DNA of 64,000 nucleotides. It comes from Guillardia theta CCMP2712. Lineage: Eukaryota > Protista > Cryptophyta. Location: positions 57,109 to 121,108 of the forward strand of contig NW_005434586.1 in the NCBI RefSeq assembly GCF_000315625.1, read 5' to 3'. Positions 12,163 through 25,741 of the stretch are shown piece after piece. The position numbers and the translations under genes were made by a program. The notes beneath the pieces are model-generated. The model saw nothing but the letters and a program-made list of their open reading frames with translations, did not search any database and was not told where the DNA came from. The stretch's first letter is position 1. Every line of letters starts with the position of its first letter.

Positions 12163-14341
12163 TCAAATCGCCCGACGACGAGATTTGACGTTGAAGGTGA
12201 TACGGTTGGATGACCACCATACACGCCCTGTGACCACCTGCCAATGCACTCAGTCCTCACAGCACCTACTTGCTCCCTCCCTGTCCTCATCCTCTCCTCC
12301 TCCTCCTCCTCCTCCTCCTCCTCCTCCTCCTCCTCCTCCTCCTCCTCCTCTCGCCTTCTCACCGACTTCCCATCCCCCTTCTCGTTGATTGCCAACCATG
12401 ACGCGTCGGTTCTCGCGCGCACGAAGTGAGTCTGAGGTTGCCCCTTGCTGGCCTCGTTCCTGGAGGGACTTGCCCACTCCTGCAGCATCCTGGTGAGAGG
12501 GAGGAGAGCGAGAGCGCTGCCTGCCTGGTCGAACTTCGCCATGATGTAGAGCGACACAGCTCCAGCTGGCGCCGAGGCGAGCAGCTGGACCTGTGCTGGT
12601 GGGTCAGGGACGGAGGGAGGTGGGAGAGAGAGGACCTGAGACTTGATGGATGGGAGCTTCTTCCCGTCCTCCCAGAGCTTTCTGTTGGTGATGGTTGTTG
12701 AGGAGCAGAGGTTCTCGGAGGAGGCGGAAGACGAGCAGACGATCTTGGCCTCGGTGATGGAGATGGCTCCTCCCGCCTCCCACGTCACAGAGAACTTGAA
12801 CCCTGGGGTGACCCTGCGCAACGTGAGCAGCCGACAGTTGACATGCCAAGGCTCACAAGTTGGGCAGCTCGTCGACTTTCACGATCTCCAGCCAGGGTTG
12901 CACCATGTCAGCCAGGAACCAGCACAGGCGAATGTTGCGAGCCACGTGCCCGTTCCCCTTCCCTCCTCCTCCCACCAGCACCTCCTCGCTCGACCCCAGC
13001 AGGCTCTCACTGGGGGTCTTCTCGAAGGCTGTTTCCACCAGCAGGTTGATCGCTCGGTTCGTCGCGTTGTTGTACGTCGTCTTGGCTGCCGAGTACCCGT
13101 CGAAGCTCGAGGGCGAGCACTTGACCAGGCCCTCATTATCCCATGACGCCCCGTACGCCCAGTCCTCCATCCCTCCGTTGACTGGGTAGATCACCCTGGG
13201 ATCGTTGAGCGCTCCTGTGTTGTACTCCTCCACTACTCCACGTCCGCTGGCAAACTTCCCCACAAACTTCCTCAGCCCGACTGTCAGGTCGTTCATCCCC
13301 GTCTCGTCTGGCGCTTGCCAACCCCCCGAGCAGGAGTACCAGTTCCCCTGGCAGTGAATGGTGTCTCCCCAGGGATACGCGATGAGGTGGTCGCCTCCGT
13401 GGAAGGTGATGCTGAGCTGAAAGATGTGGTCCAACCAGACCTCGTTGATGCTTCTCGCCGCGATCGTTTTCATGCACGAAGATGCCTGTTGGTCCCACGC
13501 AAAGTCGCGGTTGGGATCGACTCCATTCTCCTCCCTCACGTTCTGACTGTAGCCCAGGGCGTTGGCTGCTGGCATGATCGTGATGGCCCGCGTGTCGATC
13601 AGCCGCTTTGCCCAGGCGTCTCTCGAGTAACTTCGCAGCAGGAGGGTGGCAAACTCAACAACCGTCGTGGGGCCAACTCGCTCGTTGCCATGGAGGGTCC
13701 CGGAGAAGAAGACTTGAGGCGTGTTCTGAGTGAACTTGAGCTTGTTGGTGATCCTGATAACCCACACGTCACAGTCCTTGTCCGGCCCATTGATGTAGCA
13801 CTTCCCGGCACTGCTCAGCCCGTACTTCTGCTGGGTGGTGTAGATGTCCACGAGGTCTCCGAACTCAGCCTTGAGGCTGTGAAGGCGATCGACGATGCTC
13901 GCATAGTCGAGATACTTGTAGATCACCACAGGGAGAGGAGGGAGATCAGCTGGGAGAACACAAGAGTCAGTGGGAAGCGAGAGAAAGCAAGACATTCAGA
14001 TCGAAACCAGGTGGGTTTGTGGTGTTTGTGGTGTTGGGGACAGGAAGAGAAGCTTCAACAGACTCATCGTGCTGGCTAGAAGAGTTCTTCTGGATGAACT
14101 CCACACCTTCTGTTGAAGGTGGAGCTGGGAACTTGCTGGAACTCGTGCTGAGAATCACCGCAAGCGTGATTCCAAGAGCCATGAGCAGGAAGGCAACGCA
14201 AATGAGAACGCTGCGAAGGGGGAGGCCGAACAAGGAGGCCTGCATCTTGGAGTAGATTCGAATCCCTTCTCCCTCTTCGGTCTCGAAGTCCTGTCTCGCA
14301 ATCTCCACCGGCTTCATCTCGATCAGCTTCCTGTCCATCAT
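12163..14341 (-). CDS. Zinc carboxypeptidase (peptidase M14), type II membrane-anchored, multi-exon
   Basis: GTLHGNERVG (HxxE zinc ligands), NGVDPNRDF, ITFHGG (third ligand) and GGMEDWAY. N-terminal TM segment VLICVAFLLMALGITLAVIL. Last exon VVTGRVWWSS...RRAI*. Confidence 0.9.
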
Positions 14342-14799
14342 GCTGCCTCTCTCTCTCAGCGGTGCTCACGCATGATAACGGATCAGGTTTCTGCTCAAAC
14401 CTCCTTGAAGGAAGGGAGGCCTGTACCAACCGATCCTGTCAGTACATCAATGGAATAGCATCAGTCTGCATTCGGCACATGCTATCTCAGTAATTCTCTC
14501 ATCCCCTTGCCTCGCTATCTCTTTTCCTAGTACTTTCTGTGTTCCTTGATGTGAATTATCTTATCATACTCCCTCGTTTCTCTCGTCACTTTGCTGTTCA
14601 TTTTTCTGCCTTTCTCACCTCACTTCTTGCTCCCTCCCTGCTTTCTCCTCATCCCTTCCCTCCCCTCCCCTCCCCTCCCCTCCCTTCCCTTCCCTTCCCT
14701 TCCCTTCCCTTCCCTTCCCTTCCCTGAACTTTTTCCCTGATCTCCTCCCCATGTTTCTCCAACAGCACACCTTTGCCCTCATCCCCGCTTATATCCTTT

Positions 14800-15430
14800 T
14801 CATTGGCCCGGGTCCTGGCCCGGGTCCGTCGGAGGGCCAGGCCCGGGTGCAGTGGGCCGGGCCCGGCGCGGCCCCCGTTGACTCCTGGGTCCGACACAGT
14901 TGAGGCTCAGGCCTGAGTTGACTCCACAAGCCTTGACCCGACCGGGTATAGTACACGCCCGGGCCGGTAGTCCGACGCCGGGGCCCGGGGTCACTGCGGC
15001 GGGTCACCGGGTGTCCGGCGGACTGTGATTCAAGTCCGAAATTCCGAAGTTGATCACTTGAAGTGTCAAGACTGCTGTACTCTCGGCCGCCCGCCCCCTG
15101 ATTGTACTACTGATCGCAAACCGTTGTGACTGACTGACTTGGCTTCAAACTTGAGTGACTTAATTGCTATCTCCTGATCGGATGCCGCATCGGAACAGGG
15201 CCGCCGCCGGCGGCCGGGCGGTCAGTACACTGTCCTGGCACAGTTCCCGAGTCCGTGACGGTTGGACCGTCCCGGGTGCCGGACACGGTCCGACCGCCGC
15301 CGGGGTGACGGCAGGTCGGACGGCGCCCGCGGCCCGGCTAACTTTTAGTAACCGTGTGACGGGCCCGGGGACTCGGGAGCCTCCGATGTCCGGAGCCTCC
15401 GAGTCCGAGCCGTCAGCCGTTGCAAATGGC
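14800..15430. promoter_or_regulatory. GC-rich, palindrome-rich intergenic island between divergent genes
   Basis: Dense CCGG/GGCC/CCCGGG/GACTC/GTCAC words; lies between the 5' ends of the carboxypeptidase (-) and GNW (+) genes. Regulatory role is inferred. Confidence 0.45.
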
Positions 15431-15573
15431 AGTCTTCTTAGGGGGACCCCGTGGGAATGACGGGGGGTGGGTAGTACAAGACATGAAATAGTACCCCCAT
15501 TGTAGTATAGGAATGGAGGGGTGGGTGATATAGATTGAGGGTGGGGTTGAGAGCACAGGCGTTGTCAACGGCA

Positions 15574-17696
15574 ATGGAGCGAGGAGGAACGCTCTACAGC
15601 CCTTGGTGAGTTGAGGAGGAGGACGAGGAGGAAGGAGGAGGCGGAGAAGAAAAGAAGGAGAAGGATGAGGAGGAGCAGAAGCAGAAGCTCGAGGAGAGAG
15701 ATAGGATCATGGATGGGGAAACGAGAAGAGTCTGTACGAGAGAGGGGCTCGATCAAGATGTGGAACATGGCGAAGGAGAATGTAGCGAGAATGAGAGATG
15801 AAGAGCGAACGAATTAGCTCCATCCTCCCCTGTCTAGCCCGTCTCCTTCATCCCATGAGCCGCTGACTGTGGACTATTCAGCACGTTGCAGGGCAACTGG
15901 TTGGAGGACAGAGCACAGCAGACATGCGGCAGCAACGACGGGCTTCGCAGCACAGGGTTCGCGTACAAGGAGATGATGGAGAACATGGTGGTGTACAAGG
16001 GTCCAGTGCAGGAAGTGAGTATGCCGGCGACAGAGTTCGGCAAGGTCACGACGCAAGAGACGAGCAGGAACTTGTTCGCCTGCACCAGGTACAAGCATCC
16101 CCGACAGATCCCCACCCAGCGCGTGATGCCGGACTTTGGGCTGCCTTCCTCCGCTCGGTTTCTGACGACGTCGATGCTGCTGGCCAACGGAGACCGACTG
16201 GAGTATACGAAGGAAGCGAGAAAGCCAATGGTGGACGCGACCAACATGAAGGAGACGCAGAGGATGAGGAAGACAAGCCTGCCGGAGCATGGGTTCGGCG
16301 CCATAGTCCCTCGTTTCAGCGGCGATCGAGACCTGGGGAAGAGATACTGGGAGACGACGACAAGAACATTCTTTGTAAGTTAGTTGTGAGAGTGTGATCG
16401 CCGCTACGATATCCTGACTTGCTCCTCGTCCTCCTCGTCCTCCTCGTCCTCGTCCTTCTCCTCCTCCTCCGCCTCCTCTTCGTATTTCTTATATAGAACG
16501 ACAAAACAACGATGACAAATCCTTCTCCTCCTAGAAGCCCCCTCTCTTCCCATCCTAACCCCCCACTGCCAGCGACCGTCGGAAACGCAAACAAGGTACT
16601 GTAGACCTCCTCCTTCTCCTCCTCCTCCTCCTCCTCCTCCTCCTCCTCCATCACCACCACCTTCTCTCGTTCTGGTCTCACTCTGACTCAGGGCGGCATA
16701 CACGACAAGGGAGCAGGCTTCTCGTATGACAACAGCATCACCTACAACCCCATCCCCTTCCCCGACCAGGTAGGACCTGCCCTGCCCTGCCCTGCCCTGC
16801 CCTGCCCTGCCCTGCCCTGCCCTGCCCTGCCCTGCCCTGCCCTGCCCTGCCCTGCCCTCCTCTTCTCTCCTCCCTTGCTGTCTCCTCTCTTCTCTCACCT
16901 TCTCCCAGCAGAGAGACGGAGGCGATCCCTGGGGCAGAACACGAACAGAAAAGAAAGGTGCGGAAATGAGAAAGGAGGAGGAGGAGGAGGAGGAGGAGGA
17001 GGAGGAGAATACGAGGAGGAATGATATTAGGAGGATGAGGGTTTCAGGCATTAGCGAGGTGGAAGGTTGGTGGGGGAAGGGGGGGGGGGTAGAATCTTCT
17101 ACTTCAAGTTGACGGGGGGCGGCAGGACGATTCGGAGAGCATCACATCATCAGCACAGTGAGATTGTTTCAAGACGCTCGCGGGATCGACCCTCCCCGTC
17201 TCGGCATCACGGTGAAGTCTCCTCCCCCCTCCCCCTTTCCTCCTGCCCCTGCCCCTGCCCCTGCTCCTATTCCTCTTCCTCCTCCCTCTTCCTCCTTCAC
17301 CTCCCAGTTCCCTTGCCTTCTACTCCTCTACCGTCACCAACCTCATAAACTTCCTCCTCTTCCTCCTCATCTGCTTCCTCTCCCTCCTCCTTCACCTTCT
17401 GCTCTGCTCCTGCTGCTTCTTGTGTCTCCTCAATGGATTGGCAGGTCCCAGGCGATACGACAGTCTGGCCGCGTGACCCGCTGATGCCGGTGGGGAAGCC
17501 GCGAAAATGTGTGATCGCATATGCGGCCAAGGACAATGTGAGCAGAGGGGAGAGGAGTGAGGGAGGGAGGGAGGGGAGGAGGGAAGGAGGAATGTTAGGA
17601 GGGGAGGAAAAGGTCAAACGATGGCTTAACTGACGTCTGGTGCAGCTAACGAGGAGGAACGGAGTTCACATTTGGGATGACTACGCGGGGACGTGA
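15574..17696 (+). CDS. Probable axonemal microtubule inner protein of the GNW-motif group (CFAP68/95/107-like), multi-exon
   Basis: Splicing exon 15574-15605 to 15882 gives MERGGTLYSPCTLQGNWLEDR (YS..TL.GNW.E.R motif). YWETTT follows later; the last exon is LTRRNGVHIWDDYAGT*. Confidence 0.55.
16777..16858 (+). repeat. (GCCCT)n pentamer microsatellite
   Basis: Visible tandem in an intron. Confidence 0.95.
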
Positions 17697-17936
17697 AAGT
17701 GAATAAAGAATGAAGAGACTGAGGGCGAGGAGGAGGAAGAGGAGGGAGGGGGGAGGGGAAGGAGCAGGACAGCAAGAGTCAGGAGTGATGGTTCACACAA
17801 GCAGGAGCTCTCGCTTCTCTCCTCTTCCTCCTCTTGTCTCAGGACCTCAGTCCCCAAAACTGACAGCAGCCGGCGGAGCCTCTGCTTTCCTCATGGCCTC
17901 TCGATCCCGTCGAGTGCCGGTAGCGCGTCCTCCTGC

Positions 17937-19576
17937 TCAGTCTTTGTCTTTGCCTCCGTCTCTCTTCACCTGCCGTAGCGATGAGAAAGAAAAAGGCAGC
18001 AGATGAAGAGGACGCGGACGTGAACGAGGACAGCAAGAGAGAGAGAGCAGGAGCAGGAGCAGGAAGGAGGGGGAGTAGCAGCAGGAGCAGGAGGAGGAGG
18101 AGGAGGAGCAGACGTTGAGCATCGCCATGAAGGCCTCCTGGGGCACGTCGACGCTTCCCACGGACTTCATGCGCTTCTTGCCCTCAGCCTGAAGAGACTC
18201 AAGTGAGGATGCAAACACAAGGAGAGAGGAGAACGAGGGAGAAACCAAAGAGACCGAGACAAAGGGCAGTGCTGGTCAGAGGATGGAGGAGAAGGAAGGG
18301 AAGAAAAGAAGATGATGGAGCAGGAGGAAGCAAAAGGAGGAAGGAGGAGAGGAGGTGGTGGTGGAGAAGGAGGAGGAGGCGATGGTGGTAGTGGAGAAGC
18401 AGCAGCAACATGGAGGAGGAGAAATGGAGCAGGAAGAAGGGAGAAAGAGGAAGAGGAAGAGGAAGAGGAGCAGGAGGAAGCGGGAGGAGGAGGAGGAGGG
18501 ATCGAGCACGGGTACTATGAGCGACCTGTTTCTTGAGCAATTTCTTCTTCCTCGTGATGTCTCCACCATAGCACTTAGCCAACACCTGCTCCCGCGGTGA
18601 CCACAAGACAAGAGGAGAAGACGACGAGGTGGGAGCGTTAAAGATAGAGGAGGTGGTGGAGGAGGCAGGAGGAGGAGGAGGAGGAGGAGGTGGTGGTGGT
18701 GGTANNNNNNNNNNNNNNNNNNNNNNNNNNNNNNNNNNNNNNNNNNNNNNNNNNNNNNNNNNNNNNNNNNNNNNNNNNNNNNNNNNNNNNNNNNNNNNNN
18801 NNNNAGAAGAAGGAGGAGTAGAGGAGGAGGAGGAGGAAAGAGGAGAGCGATTTAGGAGGAGGAGGAGGAGGAGGAGGATGACGACGACGACCAGGGGGAG
18901 GAAGGAAAGCAGGTGGAAAGGAAGACTTAGAGGAGGAACAGAGGGAAAAGAAGGGAAAGAACAAGAAGATGGCGGAGAGGGTGAGGAGGGAGGGGAGGGA
19001 GGGGAGGATAGGGGAGGTAGGGATGTTGAAGCTGGAGCTGGAGCTGGGAGGGTGTAAGGAGGGACTAGGAGGGAGGGAGGCCGACCTTGAACATCTGACG
19101 AGGAATGATCTCCTTGAGCTTCAGGCAAAGCTCCTTGCCGATGCCATGCGCGTTGTCCCTGTGAGGGGAAGTGACGAAGAAGATGACGCGATTAGCAAGA
19201 ATCTTCCGAGAGGGAAAAGGAGGAGAAGGACATCGATGACGATAATGATGATTATGAGGAGGAGGAGGAAGAGGCGGGGAATGCGAAGCAAGAAAGAGGG
19301 AGGAGAGAGGAGAGAGGAGAGAGGAGAGAGGAGAGAGGAGGGGGAAGGGAGGAGTCTGACCTGTGGAGGATGAACGAAAGAGCGTCCACGGGCTCTCCGT
19401 TGACGGCAACGTCGAGACGAACAAGATCATTCTGACCTTCATGCTTAGAGGCTGGAGGACAAGGGGAATTCGAGACGAGAAACCTGACGGTACTCGATGA
19501 GAGAGTACTCCATAGAAGCATATCCCTTGGATCTGTTTCAAAGTGCTCAGTGCAGATCATGATGATGAGCAACAAC

Positions 19577-19608
<32 letters not shown>

Positions 19609-19613
19609 AAATG

Positions 19614-19659
<46 letters not shown>

Positions 19660-22528
19660 CGATGAGGGATATCGACCTTGACTTGAGGTGATCGAAGAAG
19701 TCGGTGACCTGTATTGGAGTTGATGAGGAACAGAAAGAGAGAGAGAGAAAGAGAGAAAAGCAGAGAGCAAGGCGAGCACGGCAGTAGCCGAGAGACAAGG
19801 TAAACAGCAGCAGCAGCAGCAGCAGCAGGGGAGGCAGGAGCAGGAGCAGGTGCAGGTGCAGCGGAAGGAGCAGGTTCGAACCATCTCAGCCAAGGGCATC
19901 TCGTACACGATCGTTGTTCTTCCCTCCACAAGGTACTTCATGTCCTTGTAGACTCCACGACGATTCTGCAACATCCTCCATCATTCGATCCTTCTCATCC
20001 TCGATGTGCCTTCCTCCCCTCCTTGGCCCCTCTCCTCCCCTCCACTTCGTCAACGCGTGTCTCCCTTCCCTCTCCCTTCCTCTTTCTCTTCCATTAACCC
20101 CCAATTGCCGTTCTCTAACTCTCTTCCCATCTCCCCGTGCTTGTCTCCTCCTCCCTCTACCTGCGCCAGCTCCATCAAAGGCCCGACGTACTCGTCAGGA
20201 GTGATCATCTCCAGCCTTGCATATGGCTCTGCGATCCACTGAAATAGAGAAAACTAGTCAACTCTCCACTCCACCTCGACAAACATCGAATCATCATCAT
20301 CATCATCTCCATCATCATCTCCATCATTATCTCCATCATCATCATCATCATCATCATCTCCATCATCATCTCCATCATTATCTCCATCATCATCATCATC
20401 ATCATCATCTCCATCATCATCATCTCCATCATCATCATCTCCATCATCATCATCTCCATCATCATCATCTCCATCATCATCATCTCCATCATCATCAACA
20501 TCTCCATCATCATCATCTCCATTATCATCATCCCCGTCATCTCCTTCTTCTCCATCAGCATCTCCATCAGCATCTCCATCAGCATCCCCATCAGCATCCC
20601 CATCAACATCTCCATCATCATTTCCATCAACATCTCCATCATCATAATCACCACTACCAACCCCTTCCTCCCCCTTTCTCATTCTCCCGTCCCCCCGTCT
20701 CCTCCTCGCACCTCTCTCTTGGTCGGCTCAGGGAGCTCTGAGGGGTTGGAGAGGAAGTAAGCCTCTCCCTTCATGGGCTTCACCTGCTCGAGATCAACCA
20801 AGGAAGAGAACAATAGTGGAAAGTTGGTCGAGAAATCCGGAACAACAGCAGCAGGTGCAGAAGCAGGAATGGTCAAGGACAAGGGAAAGACAAGGATGGG
20901 GACGAGGGCGAGGACGAGGACGAGGACAAGGCAAAGGACAAGGACAAGGAGGAAGAGGAGGAGAGGTTCTCCTTGAGAGTGTGTACCTGGTAAACGACAG
21001 AGGGAGCTGTACAGATGAGATCGAGGTCGAACTCTCGCTCGAGACGAGTCTGAGGGGGGGGGGAGCAAGGAGCAGAGAAGACGACGAGGAGGAGGAAGAG
21101 AAAGAAAAACAAAGATCACACGCATGCAGACAGACTTGGTCCTCGACCTGCACGACGTCCATGTGCAGCAAGGCCGAGGAAGCCGCAGCGGAAGCCGAAG
21201 CCCATAGCAGCTGAGTTCTCCGGCTCGAACTGCATGGCAGGTGTCATCTCAAAAGAGAAATCCAGGAGGAGGGAGCGTGGAGGTGGTGGCGGTGGAGGAG
21301 GTGGTGGAGGAGGAAGAGATGGGGATAGAGGAGGAGGAATTGAGCGGAGGAGGTTAGTGGTTGTGGTGGGGGTTGAGATGCACAAGGAGGAGGAGGAGGG
21401 TGAAGGTTGATCAACCTGTAAAGCTGCATCATTCAGCTTGAGCTTCGACAGCGCGTCTCTCAGCGTGTCGTAGTCGGCAGCATCAGTAGGGAAAAGTCCA
21501 CTCCAGACCTGCTTGCGCCTTCAGCCAACCTCCACAACACTAGGAGGCTGACCATGGGCTTGGCTTCGGCGTAGCCGGGAAGCGCGTCCGGCGCTCTCCT
21601 GTTCTCTGCCTGCTCCACATCAGCTGGAGCCGTGCTGGCAAAGTTCACCGACCTCGTGTGTGATCGTGTCACCAACTCGAGCGTCTTCTACCGTCTTGAT
21701 CCCGGCAATGAGGTACCCAACCTCTCCCGCTGTCGTCCGATCAGAGTCAAGGACAAAGAGGAGAGGATGGTGGGGAGGGGATCGGAAAGGACGAGAGAAG
21801 GAGAGGGGGGGGAGGGGGAGGAGGAGGAGATGTCACATGAGAGAAGGAGATGGAGAGGAAGGAGGCAGTGTTTCACCTTCCAACGTGTCTGTTGGCTGTT
21901 GGGTAGGCGCGAGCACTCCAATCTCCTCTGCAAGGAAGCTCTTCCCCGTGTTCATGAACCGAATTTTGTCGCCCTTCTGAATGCTGCTCGCCAACCTCCC
22001 TCGTCAGCTAGTGAACCATCGCAGAGCCAATGGCCAACAAAGCCAGCAGGAGCGAAACAGCAGAGGTGAAGAGAGAGCAGAGGAGGGAGACGAGTGAAAC
22101 GGCAGGAGGAAACAAGTCGTACCGTCCTGACTTGATCCTAAAGTACGTCACCACTCCACGGTAGGGGTCGTAATAAGAGTCGAAGATGAGGCAACGAAGA
22201 GGCTCCTCCTGAACGATAATGAGTCCCAAAAGAAGCAAGTGAAGAAGAAGATGGCGAGGGAAAACGAGCAGTAGAAGGGGGAGGGAAGAGCGAAAGCGAA
22301 AGGGGAGGAAGAGACAATGGGGGTGGGGAACCTCGCGTGCAAGAGGAGGCGGGGTCTTCTCGATCAAAGTCTTGAGGATGTCTTCAATTCCGATCCCTTG
22401 AACAAGATCATTCACTCCCATCCCCATCACCCGCCTGCACGTCTTACCAGCCTTAGCAGAGCACAAGACAGAGTCTGTCGTGTCCAAACCTATAAGGCAG
22501 GGTCATTTCCGCTGGAGCTGGTACTGGA

Positions 22529-22609
<81 letters not shown>

Positions 22610-23638
22610 TTACCTATCACTTCCTCGATCTCTCGCTTCACCTTCTCTGGATCAGCTCCGGGAAGATCGATCTTGTTTAGCACAGGAATGATCGTCAAGT
22701 CTGCATCCAGCGCCAGGTACACGTTTGCAAGCGTCTACAGCACCAGCCAACTCTCAGTCCCACCCAGAACCCTCCTGATGCTGCTCAACCTGTGCCTCAA
22801 TCCCTTGGGAGGCATCAACGACCAGCAGCGCACTTTCACACGCAATGAGGGAGCGAGAAACCTCGTACGAGAAATCGACATGCCCTGCATCTAAGCATGA
22901 GCAAGAGAGCTGGAGCATGGCTAGATCACAAACCCACCTGGCGTGTCGATGAGGTTCAGCACATAATCCTCACCATTGTAGTTGTAGTTCATTCTCGCTG
23001 TTTGCAGCTTGATGGTGATGCCTCGCTCGCGCTAGCGATCAGGTCAGTCATCCTTCACCTCTGCTCCCTGCCATTCGGCCAACCTCGATGTCCATGTTGT
23101 CAAGGAACTGTTGTTGCAGCTCTCTGTCTGGTACGGTCCTTGTAAACTGCAGCGACCAGGCCCGAGTCAAGAAGCAAAGGAGGAACAAGAGGGTGAGACG
23201 ACACAGCAGGACAGACCTCCAGGAGGCGATCAGCAAGAGTCGACTTGCCATGGTCGATGTGCGCAATGATACTGAAGTTTCGGATTCTTTTGGCCGGTAC
23301 CTTTGGAGCTGTCAGCAGGGCAAAAGAGCAAGGCGAGCAGCAACCTTCTTGTATTGGGCGTTGCTCACGCCAGTTTGAAGCCTCTCTTCCCTGGAGAGTT
23401 TCTGCTGCATCTCCAGCCGCAGCGGAGCTGCTCGGCCCTGTCGCCCACCCGGCCTCAATCTTGACTCAAACCCCCAAGGAGCGTTCTTGAAGGACACATG
23501 GAGCCTTGAGGAGGAGGAGGAGGAAGAGGAGGAGGAAGCTAGGTAGCTGAGGGATGAGGGGCTGAGTTGCGGAGAGAACCCTGCGCATGTCACCAGGCCT
23601 GTCGCAAGCGCCAGTAAGACGCGAGCTGTGGCCGCCAT
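17937..23638 (-). CDS. lepA: Translation factor LepA/EF4 (GUF1 family), probably plastid-targeted; many exons; assembly gap inside an intron
   Basis: [95 protein letters not shown] and [23 protein letters not shown]-terminal signal peptide ends ...TCAG-F and is followed by a Ser-rich transit peptide. Confidence 0.95.
18705..18804. other. Assembly gap (100 N) between GGT/GGA microsatellite tracts
   Basis: Run of N characters inside a LepA intron. Confidence 0.98.
20291..20650 (+). repeat. Higher-order (CATCATCATCATCTC)-type satellite in a LepA intron
   Basis: CAT runs punctuated by CTC at 12-15 nt periodicity, with degenerate copies at the right end. Confidence 0.9.
22529..22608 (+). repeat. 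(GCAGGA)n microsatellite in a LepA intron
   Basis: Visible hexamer tandem; the same unit occurs at 19612-19660. Confidence 0.95.
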
Positions 23639-24161
23639 GGCCGCCGGGGGATAAAGCAACTTGGAGGTGAGCCCGCCCAAGGGTTTGGGGCCAAGAACTG
23701 GCGTCTGAGGCGAGCCCGATAACTTTCGATGAGTAAAATTCTCCAACACTCAGTGACTGCCACGGCAGGCCCGGCCGCCGTGATCGGACGGCCGGGCCGA
23801 ATATTGACCGTACTACCGGAATCTGAGTACAGATCATCGCGCAAGTTATGCCACCCATCACCCGCTGAAAGCCTTTCTTCCCTCCCGGCCCCGTGCCGGC
23901 CCTCAAAGGTACTACTCAGTACGACGGTAAGTAGGAACGGTACTCAGTACCGTTCAAACCGCGGTAGTTTTCGTCCTATATTCTCAAGGGGGTGGTGAAT
24001 GGGAAAATGGGGGTACACGGTGTGTGATTCGCGCAGGTTGAAATTTTGTACTGTTGAAATTCAAACCATGTTCAAAACCGTGATTAAAACTGATTTTGGA
24101 TGTTTAGCTCATCGTTTCCTGGTACCTTCTAAAATGTTTTAATTCTACACGCCTTCACCCA

Positions 24162-25741
24162 CTACCCCAGCGCGTCTCCCCTCACCATACCTCTCTCATG
24201 TCGCGAAGCTCTTCTCTGCCGATCCTTGTCTTCAGTGTTTGAGTTTTGTGCGAGCATGTTTGCCCAAGTTGCAGTCACTCGCAGCAGGTGAGCCTCATCA
24301 ACATCTCTCTTCGTCAAAACCTCTGTGCCGGTTGGTGAGAATGTTAATAGTGCCACAATCTGTTTCTATGGAAGGGGACGAGTATACCACGAACACACAC
24401 GAGCATGAAGAGACTCGAAAGTATTTTGTGAGAGAAGAAGGTGAAAATGAACCCATTCCATCACACAGGTAGAGAGTTCTTCTGTGGATTGTTCATTTTC
24501 TAATCGTTGTGAACAGGTAGCAAAAGCTTGGCGATGTTGAGAACTAGGTTCTGAATGGTTGCAGCTGAAACGTATTACAAGATTCCAAGACCTTTATTCC
24601 ACGAAGACCTTCATCTTCATGTGCTGGATGGAATATCATATTTATGAGAGATGCTTCACTGTGCCACATGACTTTTTCACATCATGTTTGAACTTCTCCG
24701 CCTTTGAATGATGCATCTCTTGTTGCATGACTTAAAAACACTTTGTAAAGATGCATAGTCTTGTATATATCCATGTCCACATGCTCAAAGCCTTGCCGCT
24801 TTGTGACAAACAATGTAGACAACTCTTGAAGACAGCAAATCCAACGGCACGGTGTTGGATGGCAGTGCACCTGCAGCATGATGTGCTTCCATTCTGTTGT
24901 GCGCGCAGTTGGAGACATTCCATATGCTATTGTGGTTGTCATTATCATTGACTGGGAGTTCGTGTCAATTTGCTGGTAGTTCGACATGCTGAGATAAATG
25001 CTTCTAATGAATAAGAAATGTCAAATCACATAACACCTCCAACCTTGATTCTACATTCAACGCGGCCATGTCAGTCTGGTTGCAACGCACAATAGATTCT
25101 TGCATGCCAGCTTACAAGCTCAAGACTTGATCCCTGATATGATCTGAGGCTTAATTGGACGTCAAGCTCCGCCTTTAGGGAAGCAAAGCAAAGTTCATGC
25201 ATTTCAGCAAATGTGCAAACATCCAAAGGACCTGAGTGAGGAGAGTTTGGAGAGAGGAGGGAAGATACTTCAACAAGAGCTTCGTGACTCAGAGTCAACT
25301 AATTGGCATATTTTAAAGAATCAAATATCATCAAACTTCAAGTTCTGAAGATGTGAAGCAACGATGTAACGAAGCGTACAGAAGACGTGCCAAGGAGGGG
25401 GTCAAGTGAGATGTGATTGCGCCTTAATTAAGCGGACTCGTCATGATCTTACACATATTATCATTCAGTTCATGAGAGTCTTTAGATAAAGTACATTACT
25501 CTGAGAACCCAGAAGTCTTGAAGAGAACATTGATGATACGATTGACTTAGTCGTCGGAAATGTAGGATGACGAACTCATGCTGATTGATCCACTTCTGCA
25601 AGATCACCAAGTAAGAATTTGTGCTGGATTCTTGATGCCAAGTGTACCTTGCGATCATCTTCTTACTCGGCGGTCCTTCATCTGTGCTCATGGCGGCAGC
25701 TCGTTGACCTTGCTGCTGTGCTCGCCCGGCGGCTCAGCATG
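24162..25741 (-). CDS. Hypothetical multi-exon gene of unknown function; boundaries uncertain
   Basis: A series of non-repetitive minus-strand ORF fragments (25482-25691, 25071-25298, 24682-24987, 24162-24356) with plausible GT-AG junctions. No recognisable motif. Confidence 0.35.

Noticed and set aside
13315-14079. 254-aa plus-strand ORF
   Set aside because: It is an antisense shadow of the GC3-rich carboxypeptidase exon.
14789-15460. ORFs in the GC-rich islands (also 26101-26322 and 55692-56140), or a structured RNA gene
   Set aside because: The ORFs are Gly/Pro/Arg/Ala-biased as expected from GC content, and I see no tRNA, rRNA or snRNA signatures.
20205-20741. Poly-His, poly-Met and poly-Asp ORFs suggesting a metal-binding protein
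   Set aside because: They are translations of a CAT-based satellite inside a LepA intron.
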